Assembly: GCA_002104945.1 (NCBI GenBank)
Contig: MCFH01000050.1
Location: 62,001 to 126,000, forward strand
Reading direction: 5' to 3'
DNA length: 64,000 nucleotides
Source: Piromyces finnis finn
Taxonomy: Eukaryota > Fungi > Neocallimastigomycota
In this document: piece by piece, positions 48,552-64,000 of the stretch
How positions within the stretch are numbered: position 1 is the first letter of the stretch
How the letters are laid out: each line of letters opens with the position of its first letter
Notes under the pieces: generated by a model
The model's input: the letters and a program-made list of their open reading frames with translations, nothing else
Told to the model about the DNA's origin: nothing
Databases searched by the model: none
Program-made: the position numbers and the translations under genes

Positions 48552-49379
48552 ATGAACCAAAATAATATTAAGATACTGAATGAAAAAGCAAATGAAGAAA
48601 AAGCTTCAATTAATACAGAAAATGAAAATACATTATCACCAGAAGAAGTAAAATATAATTTATCAAATTTAAAGGATATTCTAAGTCAACAAGAACTTCT
48701 CAAAAAACATTTAAATGAACTTAAAAGAAATAATATTGAAAATATTTTTAACGAAAATAAACTATATATAAACTACTTTCATGAAAAATATAATACTGAT
48801 ATTTTTGGAGATAGTTCAAATGAAATAGAATTATCAAACCTAAAGAAAAATAATTTTACCTATTTAAAATCTCTGGAAACAATTGAAGATTATAATAAGC
48901 CTTTACTTAACGTTTCAAAAGAATTTGATGATAATAAAAAAAAGAAAAAGTATTTATTGGAACAAAAATATAATACTCTGAGTTACGGATTATGTAATGA
49001 TATTGATAATAGAATTGATCCTAAGGAATATTTAAGAAAGAATGTTTTTAATGTACTGATGCCTGGAATTGAAGAATTATTAATGTAATTATTTATAATA
49101 TAAGCATTCATTATTTTAATTCTTACATTATAAAAGTTAAAAAAAAAATTACACAATTATAACCACTGAATAATAATTAATATTTATACTAAATTAATAC
49201 AGGATAGTTAAAAGAGAGGAAGAAAACTCAGAAAAGGAAATAAAAGACCCTATTAATTGGATAGCAAATGTAAGGATTAATAATATTTATAATTTATAAC
49301 TAATTATATTTTATTGTTATTTTAATTTCTAATAATATAATCTATTTAGTATCTTAAAAAAAATAATCCAAACAAATAA
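48552..49379 (+). CDS. About 210-aa protein ending in a Dpy-30/RIIa-type dimerisation-docking domain (EFCAB5/IQCK-like), 3 exons
   Basis: C-terminus EYLRKNVFNVLMPGIEELLMIVKREEE...KDPINWIANYLKKNNPNK* after two GT-AG introns. It resembles the EFCAB5 segment EYL...LVPGVENML...DPINYLGEYLIRNNP as I recall it. Confidence 0.7.
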
Positions 49380-50411
49380 AAAACAAGTTAATATTTTTGA
49401 TAAATATTACACTATAGTTCATTTTTTATAATTATTATCAACTTAAAGCACATTAATACCTTTTTATGGTATAAAGAAATTTAAATCAATAATTGAATAT
49501 ATATTTATATATTTACTACAAAAAAATTTCCCAGCAATGAATATCTTTAAATTTTTATACAATATATATTATATACCCTTTTCAACATATATGAAAAAAT
49601 TTGAAAAGTTATTATATTTATTGACATTTTTAAATATTTTGATTTATTTATTAGTTTATTATTATTTCAATAATTTTAGATTTATTTTTAATTATTTATA
49701 TATTATAATTATTACTTATTAATATTTTAATATATACTTTTTTTTTTCTATTTTTATGAAATATCATATATACATAATATGTAAATTTGAAATATATATA
49801 TTAAGTTTAATATTATTAAATAAAAATTATTTATCTCTTAAATTGTTAAATTATGTTGTTAATATATAGTCTATAAGTAAGGTCGGAATAAATGATTGAA
49901 TAATATATTTATTATATATATTTCTGATTATAAAAATGACAAATAGAAATAGTATACAATACCTTTAAAGTAAATTTTAATCATACTTTAAGATAAAAAA
50001 AATTAATAAACATTTTTATTATCATTCTTATTAAAATTATAGTTATATATTATTAATTTCATTAGTATTTATAATAACAAAAAAAAAAGTTATTTCCAAA
50101 TAAATTTTTTTTTTATTTATTTTGAAGCATTAATTTGTATATTTGTATTTATATGGTTGTTATTTTTCAATGATTTTAATTTTAGTTGTAATTATTTAAA
50201 ACCCATATTACAACAAATTAATATGTAAATAGAGTTTTTACTTTTACATATATGAAATAACTCTTTTATTTATTAATTCATTGTTTGACTATATTATTGA
50301 GGAAAAAATAGCGAATATAAAGTTGTCAATATTTAATGTTAATATTGTTAACATTTAATTTAAAATATATTTTCTATAATGTATTATTTATTTCGGATTT
50401 AGGCTTTTTTT

Positions 50412-51834
50412 TTATTTTTTTTTATTTTCAACCTTTTCAACTGCATCTTTGAGTAAACGAAGAACAGATCTCCATAATAAGAAAGTGATAACAATTTCCC
50501 AGAACATCAAAATAGATATTAAAAGAACAGCTGTAAGTAATTTCCAGTGATACATATAATAACGTAAACCATGGAAACGGGCTTCAAAGTTTATTCTTGC
50601 TGAATTTAAATGTAATGATTTATTTGATAATGTAATGATAGCTTTGGTAGTAGATACTTCCTATTGAATTATAATTATTAAGTTAAGACTAGTTTAATGA
50701 TTTTTGTTTTATCATTTATATTTTATATTACTATTTAAAATATAAAATAAACTTTACTTCGTCTTCTATGTAACTTTCAATTAAAGGTAAGTATATAGTT
50801 TGAGATTCTTGTGCAACATCTAGGAAGAGTGGTACAGTCTTTATAATAGATTCAATATTCTTTTGAACAAATGATTTATACTTAACAATGCACTTTATAA
50901 AATAAAATTTATAAAATATTTTAAAGTTTTTTTTTTATTTTTTTTATTAACAAGCCTTCGATAATTTTTTATTATATATAATATAAATATATTAAATTAA
51001 AATATTTCATGTATTTACTGGTCTACTAGAATAACCAACTGTTTCATTTTTTGCATTTTTAAAGGTTAAATTTATCATGAAATTACCAAGATCATAATTA
51101 TGCTGAGAGTCTGGAACATTTAATTCCATAAAAATATTATAGTATTGACCACCAGTTAAAATTCCATTTTGCTTTATATATATATTATTTTATTTTGGAA
51201 GATATTATAAGTATATTTTATATATTATAAATTAATAAATTTCATTCATATATAACATAATTTATTAATATTTACTCTCCATGAATTAACTGATAAATCA
51301 ACTTCAGCAGTTGGTTGTTCAATATTATCACTAATAAATAATAATATTAATAAAATTTTAATAATAATAATATTTAAAAATTTAAAAATTGTTATTTTAA
51401 TAACTATTAAAAATATTAAAGGAAATTTGAAATTTATTAATATGTTACTAATATTGGAAGTAGACTGGAAGACTGTGAGCAATTTGTGGGATATATAAGA
51501 AATAAAATAAGCAATATCCAAGAATAGATAAAATTAACATAGCAAATAAAATAATAAAGAAAATAAATAAACTGAGGAAACGTCTTTGAGCTTCACCAGA
51601 AAGTAAAAATAATTTAATTTCCTCAATTAATTCACTAGCTTTTTGTACTATACTTGTATTATTTACTGCTATTACCTTTTAATAAAAGTATTATATTAAA
51701 TATTTTTCATATTAATATATTTAAATATAATATAATTCCTCAAATTATTACTATTAATTAAATATATAATAGAAATTAAATGTAGTCATTACTGTTTCAT
51801 TATCTTCTTTATTTGATATTTTTGTATCCTCCAT
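50412..51834 (-). CDS. BSCL2: Seipin (BSCL2/SEI1), lipid-droplet biogenesis protein with two transmembrane helices
   Basis: TM1 ...YCLFYFLYIPQIAHSLPVYFQY, GQYYNIFMELNVPDSQHNYDLGNFMINL, RPCIVKYKS, A..NFEARFHGLRYYMYHW, then TM2. Confidence 0.93.
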
Positions 51835-52766
51835 TTTTTATATTTTTATTTTAAATATTTGATTATTTATTATTTTTTTAATTTTTTTTCTAATTTTTAT
51901 TTTTTACTTTATTTTTTGTTATTTCTTTACTTTATTTTTTTACTTTATCTTTTTATTTTTTTTTTTTTATTTTTCTTTTTTTTTTTTTTTAAAAAAGAAA
52001 TAAAAATTTTCATTTATATCCATATATTTTTTATATTAAATTTAATAATTAATAAAGTTTAAATATTAATCAAAAATCAAAAGATTTAATATTTAACATA
52101 TTACTCAAAAATTCAATAATAAATATACTAAAATTAAAAAAAAAATGTAATTAAACTATGATTATTTATAAAAATACTATTATATCGAATTTATTCTAAA
52201 ATGACGCTTTAATATAGCTATTATTATAATTAGTGTATTGCTTTTTGTTTTTTTCTTAACATATAATATTATTTTTTAAAATTCTCAATACTGTAATTAA
52301 TTTAAATAATTGATTGGCTATAATTAAGTTTAAGAACTAATATTAATATTATTATGAAAATCATCTATAATAAAATAAATAACAAAGATTTTTATGTGGC
52401 AAAATTCTTTGTAAAAACATTATATATAAAATAAAATGAAACAATATGTTTTAGATATAAAAGTTAAATAATATATAATAAATTATTAATAAAGTATTAA
52501 TAATAATAATACTAATTTTATTAATAATAATAAGAATAATAATATAAATTAATATAAAATCCTTAACTAAATTTTCATTTTAAAAATAAATATATACATT
52601 TTTTTTTAATAAATTTGATGCTTCATTTATTAGTTTAGTTTTTTTATTTGTATATATACATTATTCCTAATTTTTTATTTTAAATACTCAAATTATTGAA
52701 ATAAAATAATAATAAAATTAGCACGTTTTATATAATCTTTTGTTTTGGACAATTAGTTTTATACAT

Positions 52767-55700
52767 TTATTCCCATAAAAATAACCATTTATAACAACCT
52801 TTAATACCTCCATTTTCCCATTCTTTAGCACCTACCCACATTTCTGATGCACAGTCCAATTTACTTAAAATACTGGCACCTTTCCATGTTAATACTCTGG
52901 AATCAATATCCCTTGGACTAGTAATAACTTTAGGTGCAATAATTGCTGTACCAGTACCAGTAGTATTTGAAGAACCACCTAGTCCTTTTCTTTGAGGGGC
53001 AGTCTTTGTATTTCCTTTTCTGTTCACAGTTCTTCGTTTATCGTCTACAACAGAAATATCATCCTTTATTTCATGTTGTATAGCAGAATTAAGAATACCC
53101 TGAGGAAGAAGAACATGAAGCCAGTGTGATACACGGTCCTCAATCATTTTGCTTAAGCCTGGAATCATACCACCTCCACCAATAACGAGAATACTTGAGT
53201 ATATTTTTCGAATACGATCTTCAATATCTTTTTCTTTTCTTGAATTAGTTCCTGTAAATTCCCATCCTTCAGATATTGTTTTTACATAAGTTGTTATACT
53301 TTTAGCAATAGCTACATCTAATGGTTGAGAAATTCTTTCAAAAATATCATTTTCCGAAGAATCATTAATTAAGATGGTATTTCTATTATCAGTACCATCA
53401 TGATTCTTTGATTCTTCTATAGATTCAGAATCAACATCCATTGAGTTTAATTTATTTGGTTTATTAATTGATGTTTCTACTTTTACTTTTTCTTTAATAT
53501 TAACAGTGGATGAAGTGTTTGGAGTTGGACATTCACTAATTGTATTAGCATCAACATCTATATTATTTGTTTGATTATTAGAGTTGGTATTGGATTGATT
53601 TTGCGACTTCATGTGATCATTTAATCTAACGATTTCCTCAACCGATACTTCATTCATATAATTATTTTTAGAATCAATTAGATAATGAAATTTTTTCTTA
53701 AAATCAATCATATGAGTATTAAATAATAACTATATTTATAAAAGATTATAATAAAATAAATTAAATTACTAATTAAAATATTTAATATTTTTATGATTTG
53801 ATGTTATATAACTATTAAATAAATACCATTGACGCCATAACTACTTCATCATATACTTTTAGTGAGAAAACTCGGGTGTCTCTATCAGGTAATCTTACAT
53901 AAAATGTATAAACTCTGCATGTTAAATCAGACTAATATAATTAATATATTAGAAAATTATATTAGTTATTTATAATATAATTATTTATTTGAAAATAATT
54001 GTATTAACCATACTTCAATAACAGTACAAAAACGTTCTTTTAGTTCCTGTGCTAACTGCCAATCATAAATTCGAGTTAAATCGATTTCTGAATATGGAAA
54101 TGAGTTATGCATTAATAAGGCCATTAGTAATTTTGTAATATCATCTCCTCCATACTTTAGATTTAATCTATTTTTATTTCGTATAATAATATAAATATAA
54201 TATTAAAATATTATTCAATATTATTGTTAAACAATAGCTTTCAAGTTTTTAATTTATTTACCTTGTTTCTGGTATACAAAAACCATCTTCTATACATGAA
54301 ATACTAGTTTTTTGTGCACCAATATCAACAATACATGACATTGAGAAACCTGCACCAAATGCTGCGCAAGCTGATTCCTAATTAAATATTTAAATTTGGA
54401 TGAAAAGAATTAAAAAATTATTAAAAATCCATTTAATATAATACAGTTATTTACATACTTGTTGTACTATGATGGCTCTGAAATTCATTTCCTTTAATAA
54501 TAGATTAATTAATTCAACTACATAAACTTTATCATATATATCAGGAATTACTAATACAACATTATAATTTTTAAATTCACTTCTTTTAACATTTAATTCA
54601 TTAACAATAGCATAAGTCCATATGCGTTCAATATCACCTAAGACTACTCTTAAATTATCATAATCTTCTAAATTAAAGGATCCATATTTTATTGGGAATA
54701 ATAAACGATATTGTGAATCAGAATCCTTTTTTATTTCTTCATCTTTCTTTACATATGATTTTAATCTCAATGCCTGATTATTTATAATTTGTAAAAAAAT
54801 TTAAAAACAAATGGATAAGATAAATATATATACATTATCAATATATATATAATAAAATTTTATCATGATAATAATTATAATAATTATTAAAATGGTTAAA
54901 ATAATATAATAAATAGCATTGTTTAATTAAGAACTTTCTGATATTATATATAATGCTATTAAAATGTTATTATTTATTCATTTAATAAATTACCTTTAAT
55001 CCAACAAAATATTTTTCATGATTTTCAGTTGTTGTCCATTCAATTTTATACGGATCATTATGATCTGGTATTACTTCTGGTATAGATTGAATATTATATT
55101 GTTGAACTTGACTATGTGCATTTGGTGTTACTCTCATTTTTGCTAATCTCATTCTAAATTTAATGTCTGTTTCAAGTTTTTTTATATATTCTTTATTAAT
55201 TATTAGTTCATCTGAATATATATATGTATCTTCATCATCATCATTATTTTTATTTTTAATTTTATTTCTCAGGCTTCTTCTTTGTATATTATTTTCATTA
55301 TCACTTTCTATATTTATCCTTTTAGAATTATTTCCTTTTCTTCTTTTATTGGCATGTTCTTCGTCTTCACTATCTTTTGTACTGTTCTCTATACCTTCCA
55401 TACTTTCATTTTCATTAATTGACTCTTTATTTATATTTTCTTTATTATCATTGGTTGATGTTTTATTTAATATAGGTGTCTTTAATGGTGAAACGTCTCT
55501 TGCAATACAATGAGGTATTTGTGTTGGGAAAGCATCTGAGGCTTTCCCAATTCTTAAGTATCTAGAACCTGGATGAATAACAATAACATCCGAATAGTTT
55601 TTTTCAGGCTAAAAGTATTTATTTAATATAATAAAATTATTTATGTTATTTTTATAAAATATTGTATTTTAATAATTATATGTTATATTATCTTTACATC

Positions 55701-56448
55701 TAATAAAACATTATTTCCTTCATTTAAATATGACGAATTTCCTTTTAAAAAATTAGAGGATGCTCCTTTTCTAATAATTAATGGTTGTATAATGCTAACA
55801 GAAGTTTTTTTTAAATTTGTATGATTTTTACTTATTCTTTTTTTAGTTTCTTTTTTTTCTTTAACTTCAGATTTTTGTTTATTACTATCAAAAATGTTTG
55901 AATCTGATATTTTTTTATTATTAATATTGGAATTTTCATTTTGTTTTGAGATTTCAATACCGGAAATATTAATTTTTTCTGTTGTGATTTCATTTTCATT
56001 TTGTGAATTACAATTTACTTCTGTCTTTGTACTTTCATTTTCTAATGGGTTTTCTAATTTTTCATTTTTGAAAATACCTTTTTAAATTATATTATTTTCA
56101 GTATCATTTTAAGAAATGAAAAATAATTTATTAATTACATTAGGTATGTATGTTACTAATAATAATAATAATAATACAATAATTTTGGTATTATTATGAA
56201 TATTACTAACCTTTTTCCTTTTTTGTTGTTACATTATTATTATCTGATTTTTCATTTATATTTTTTACATTTTCATTTATACTATTACTTTTTGTATTTA
56301 TATTCTCTTTATTGTTTTCTGTTTTAACTTTATTATTACTTAAAAAATTATTACTAGATGAAGTATTTTCATCAACTTTAGTTTCTGAAATTTCTTTATT
56401 AGTTACTTCACTTATAATATTAATTGTATTGTTATTGTTCTCATCCAT
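52767..56448 (-). CDS. ARP8: Actin-related protein 8 (INO80 complex), multi-exon
   Basis: IVIHPGSRYLRIGKASDAFP, EVIPDHNDPYKIEW, LLFPIKYGSFN, VLVIPD, ESACAAFGAG, VDIGAQKTSISCIEDG, YGGDDIT, PRDIDSRVLTWKGASI. Confidence 0.95.
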
Positions 56449-56828
56449 TTTGATATAAAATTTGTATGGTATATAAAAGCAATCAAAGTATTATATATTC
56501 AATAAAATATAAATAGTAAGTCCCTTATTAAATTAAATTTTATTCAATTTAGAATTAAGATTTCATAGTTTAAAAATTTTGAAATTTCAAATCAGGAAAA
56601 AAAAAATATAATTTTATTTTTCAATTTTATTTCATAATATAATTTATTGATTAAATTAAATTAATCTTTAAAAGTAATTTTTTATAAAATATATATTTAT
56701 ATATTAATTTAATATGAAAAAAATAACCAACAAAAATCAATTATCCATTATTTTAAAAACTTTTTTTATTAATAATTCATTTTAATTTTTAATTTTTATT
56801 ACTAGTATTAAAAGCTATTAAAATTAAA

Positions 56829-57824
56829 ATGGATAAAGAACAAACATATTCAGTATTAAAGCTAGTAGCATCAATGGCACTTTCTGTTGCTTTAAGTATA
56901 TTAATTAAAAAAAAAACTGAAATTTCAACAAATGATACACCAAAAGATGTAGATTTTATTCATAATTATACGGAGGCTGAGCCAAATAGCGAAGATTTAA
57001 TAATGGTAGTCTTGGTTTTCATTTATTATACAAAAATATGTATATTTATTATTAATTACTCAAATTTATAAAAATCTATTATAAATTTTTTATATTTTTA
57101 CAGGCTTTAATTGTAAGAATGGATTTAAAAATGACTAAAGGAAAGGCAACAGCCCAAGTAATTCTTTTTTTTTTTTTTTTTTTTTTTTCACTCCTATATA
57201 TTATTATTATATATCATAAAGGAACTAAATGATAAAATTATTTATAGTGTTGTCATGCTGCTGTTGCTCTCAATTCAATTGTGAATGAAGATGTAATATA
57301 TTTATAAATAATTATAATAGCAAATGAAAATATTTACTTATTAAGTATATTATTAATTTAGATTTTAAATCAATGGAAAAATAATGGTCAACCAAAATAT
57401 ATTTTGAAATGTCAATCTCAAGAGGATTTGTATGTTAAAATGTTCAATTCTACAATATATATTTGTTTAATTTAAATTTAATGGGATTTTCTTTTAATTA
57501 TTAATGTATTAAATAAATTTCGGGATTCCAATAATTTTATTTAAATATAATAAATTGAATATAAAATATGAAGACATAATATTGCTAAAGAAGCAAGGAA
57601 ATCAAATATTCAAGCCTATATTATTAGAGATGCTGGTCGTACTCAAATTCCAAGTGGTTCAGAAACTGTACTTGGCATTGGTCCAGGTTTGTATTCAAAT
57701 ATATTAGCTAAACAATTCATAAAATACAATTTTACTAATTGTTATTTATAATTATAAAATAAAAATAATGAAAGCTAAGAAATCGATAATTGACGAAATT
57801 ACAAAAGGACTTCAAAAATATTAA
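56829..57824 (+). CDS. PTH2: Peptidyl-tRNA hydrolase 2 with N-terminal hydrophobic anchor
   Basis: MALIVRMDLKMTKGKATAQCCHAAV...WKNNGQPK...IIRDAGRTQIPSGSETVLGIGP...IDEITKGLQKY*. Confidence 0.95.
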
Positions 57825-57964
57825 ATTAATCTTTTCAATTCTTTTTTTTTAAAAAAATAAAATAAAATAAAAAATGATATATAGTATTAACGAAAAGAAT
57901 TTTAAATAATTTAATAATTTAAAATAAAAACAATATAGATATGAAAAAATTTATTTTAACATTT

Positions 57965-58018
57965 TATTTTTCAATTTTATTATTTTTCAATTTTATTATT
58001 TTTTCAATTTTATTATTT
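57965..58018. repeat. Three near-identical copies of TTTTTCAATTTTATTA between the convergent PTH2 and VPS20 3' ends
   Basis: Read directly from line 57961; boundaries approximate. Confidence 0.75.
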
Positions 58019-58223
58019 CATTAGTTTATTTTATTATTTTATAGTTTTATTTTAATTCAACTTTTTTGTTATAATTCCATAGTATATAAACATATATATT
58101 TCTTTTTTTGACATATATAGTAATAATACTTAGTTCAAAGGTTTGGTATTATCTATCATAAATATGATAAATTTTATTATTTATATTATGTTTGCATATT
58201 ATTTGATAAAATAATATAAATAT

Positions 58224-59457
58224 TTAAGCAGTAACAAGTTCTGGTTCTGGTTTTCCTAATTTATTTTTATAAAAAAAATAATTAATATATTGGTCTTATA
58301 ATATATTTCCATATAAATAATTCATACTTTCTGCCTTGACTTCTTCTTTTTCTGATTCTGGTTCTTCCTCAACTTCAACCTTTGGTAATTTAGTATTTGG
58401 TACCTCTGGTAATTTATTATTAATCTTTACAAGATTTTTATATTTAATATATTTTTTTAATAATTTTATATTCTTATTTAATAAAATAATAATAATAGAA
58501 AAAAAGAAAGCATAAATATAATAATAAAAATATAAATTTACTTCTTCTTCAATAAGTTGGTTCAATTCATCTTCAATTGCTTCTTCATCTTCGACAGTAA
58601 AAGCACCACTTAATAATTCAGAAATTTCCTATTTTATAAATTTCGAAACAATTAGTTTTTTTTTTTATTTTTCTTTTCTATTTATTTATTTTTCTATATA
58701 TCTTTTATATTTATTTTAATTATGCTATTCGAAATTTTACATTTTGATAAGCAACAGCTTCAGCAGTCTCATTCATTAAATCTTCAACCTTTTCAATGGA
58801 CATTTCATTATTAAGTTTGGTAAGAGTTTCATTACCAATCTTTAATTTGTCAATGATGTCTTTTTCAACCACAGCATATTCAATACTTCTAGTCTATTTA
58901 TAATTAACATTTTTATTAACATTATAATTTATTTACCATTTCTACATTTTTATAATTATTTACCAATTCTTCAACATTCATTAATTGAGTATCTATTTTT
59001 TCTATTAATTGTTCTTGATACTTTCTCTTCTTTAAAGCTAATAAAGCCTTCTTCTTATCTCCATTTTTTAAATTAATTTTTGCAATTTCATATTCTCTAT
59101 CAAGTACAACTTGAATCTATATAAATAAAAAAGTATATTAAAACAAATGTAATTAATTAATTAAAAATGTATTCAATATAAATTATACATGGGCACTGCA
59201 TTTAATAGAATATTTTATAAATTATAAATAATTATTTCAATAATTATATATTTTGTATTATTAATTAATTATTTTTTAAAATCTATGTGTATTAGAATTA
59301 TTTATTACATTAATTTCCTTTCTATTATATTACAATATATAAAATGTACCTTTTTTTGGTATTGTGTAAGCTTATCTCTTTGAATTTTTAAATCAAGAAT
59401 AGCTTTATCTTGTGATGTAATTTTTTTAGACTTTGGTTTACTTGAACTTGAACCCAT
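58224..59457 (-). CDS. VPS20: ESCRT-III subunit Vps20/CHMP6
   Basis: N-myristoylation-type start MGSSSS, ITSQDKAILDLKIQRDKLTQYQKK, DKKKALLALKKRKYQEQL, IEKVEDLMNETAEAVAYQNEISELLSG. Confidence 0.95.
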
Positions 59458-60077
59458 TTTTTTTCTTATTATTTATTAATATTTTAAAATTAAGAATTTT
59501 ATTATATAGCTTTTTTTTTAATTTAATTATTAAATAATTTTTTTTACAATTATTTACAATGAATTATATCATATTTCCATTAATTTTAATAAAATTTTAA
59601 TGTATTATATACTATTAAAAATTTTAATGAATTAGATAAAATATTACAAAATATAAAATAAAAGAAATACAATTACCTCGATATCTTCCTATTTAAATAT
59701 TGAAAGTTTTTTTTATAACAATAATACTAATAAAATGTTTCGGTTGTTCATTTTGGTTAGAGTAATTATTTATTTTAGAACTATTCAAGTAACTCAAAAT
59801 TACTTCAATAATTAAATAAAGTTGTATATAAATAATTGATTACTTTATTTTAACTATTTAATTAAATAGTTCATTTATAATATATTATATTGATAATAAT
59901 ATGGATGGATAAGCTTAACTTTATTACATAATTGTGGATTTATAATTATATAATTATATAATGTAATTTAATTAATGTTTATACTATTGTTTTCATTACC
60001 ATTAAACCTTATTTAGTATAAAAATATAATTATAAAAATAATTAGAAAATTTTAAAATTAAAATAATAAGAAATTTA

Positions 60078-61202
60078 ATGGAAGATTTTGAATTAGAAGA
60101 GATTTCAAATCATTTTTATGATTTTTTAATATACAATTTAAAAAATCCAAATGTTAATAATAGTATTTTCTCATCATCAATAATATATCAATTATTAGAA
60201 GAAGAACCATTATTAAAAGAAGAAAATAATTATGAAATAAATTCAATAAATAATAAATCTAATGAAAATGATTTTATTTTTTATAGGAATCAATTACTTG
60301 ATAGTATCATAAATGAATTTGATAATAAAGATGTTACGACTGAAACAACGAATTATCCTTTATTAAAAAATCTAAAAAATCCATTTCTATATTTCAAAAA
60401 AGGTTTACCAAGCAAACCTTATTATAAAACTATTTCATATATTGTACATAATTGGAATAAACTTAGAATATTTCCATACAATTTTATAGATCATGAAATG
60501 CCAAATGAAATTGAAGAATATAAAATAATGTAAAAAAAAAAAAAGTAAAATATATTTATAAACAATTTAAATATTGATTAATACTGAATTGTATTTTATT
60601 AATTTTTTTAAATTTAAAATGTTTTTATATATTAAAAGAAAAAATGAATTAAATATAAAAATTATAATATTATATAAAAATTTATCACAACAAAATGCAA
60701 ATAAAAATGAAATTTATTGGAACTTTTTCAATGAAGTAATATTAAATAAAGCACCTTATTATTATTTTAAATTTTAAATATAAATATTATTCTCATAATT
60801 TTATATATATAAAGTTAACTATTGCAGAACTTTTAGTCTTACTCGGTGAAAGGTAAGAAAATTAACATTATTTTAAACCTGTTATGATAAATAAAAATAT
60901 AAAATATTAATTTTTTAAACATATTATTGTCATATTAAAGAATAACATTAGGAAGTTCAAAAGAAATTCTACCGCCATCGATTAATGAATGTATTAAAAC
61001 TTTTATTGAAATACATCCAAAAGATAAACTGTGTAAAAAATATGGTGGTTTAACAGTTGGTGCTAGAGCATTATCAAAACACTGTCATAGAGATCAAACA
61101 AATAAATGGTGGGGCGATTATACAGGAAGTACATATAAATTTGATTCAGATGAATCATTATATATTATTATTTTAAAGCCAATAAATATTAATGGTATAT
61201 TT

Positions 61203-61256
<54 letters not shown>

Positions 61257-61639
61257 GATACCTTAAATAAAAATAACTGCGCAATAAACATTCTTATAAA
61301 AATATTAAAATCTATAAGTTGGATTAACATTCATAAATTACCGGTATTATGTTTATTTTATTAATTCATTCCTTATATATTAATAATAGAAATAATAAAA
61401 CAAATTTTAATTGGATTAATAATATTATATTATAGCATGATATTAATGTTTACGAAATAAGAACTACTCATGGTTATGGAGCTCGTTGGTATTTTAAATT
61501 AAATGTAGAAAGTTTAAATCAACTCCATTTTCAAAACACTACAAATACCAATAATATAAATATAAAATATGACATTGAATTTAGAGGTTTTCTTGAACCT
61601 CAGGATATTCATGGACATGAAAATAAATGGAGACATTAA
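60078..61639 (+). CDS. Uncharacterised conserved protein related to the C-terminal domain of plant ASCH-domain proteins, 6 exons
   Basis: Spliced: LLVLLGERITLGS...LPPS...LTVGARALSKHCHRDQTNKWWG...NKNNCA...SWINIHKLPHDINVYEIRTTHGYGARW...FRGFLEPQDIHGHENKWRH*. All joins are GT-AG and in phase. Confidence 0.8.
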
Positions 61640-61727
61640 GAAAATAATATTAACATTTAATAAAATACTTTAGATAAGATATTTATTTTTTTTTAAGTCT
61701 TTTATTATATTTTTTTTCAGAATAATA

Positions 61728-64000
<2,273 letters not shown>

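Overview
Very AT-rich (roughly 20% GC by eye), intron-rich eukaryotic DNA. It combines fungus-specific genes (STB2/STB6 family) with flagellar/axonemal genes (CFAP299, Tctex-1 domain, CCDC87-like, EFCAB5-type docking domain), which best fits an anaerobic gut fungus (Neocallimastigomycota). That taxonomic call is inference. I chained exons by hand using GT-AG sites and found about 20 protein-coding genes: SAXO4/PPP1R32-like (partial), CFAP299, a Pro-rich orphan, STB6-like, TRAPPC12, a Tctex-1 light chain, FRA10AC1, a very large CCDC87-like gene, an 85-aa two-exon ORF missing from the ORF track, a 1,235-aa intronless orphan, a DDHD phospholipase, RBM26/27, METTL2/TRM140, SWS1/ZSWIM7 (also missing from the track), a Dpy-30/RIIa-type docking-domain protein, seipin, ARP8, PTH2, VPS20, an uncharacterised GARALSKH...GYGARW...FRGFLEP-domain protein and the 3' part of SMARCAL1. 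The least explained element is a non-coding island at about 38.9-39.2 kb. It is about 40% GC, rich in hairpins, contains an Sm-site-like word, and looks like a structured RNA gene I cannot assign to a family. I found no CRISPR arrays, rRNA, tRNA or intact transposons. Family names come from recalled motifs, not database searches. Gene ends were counted by hand and may be off by a few bases.
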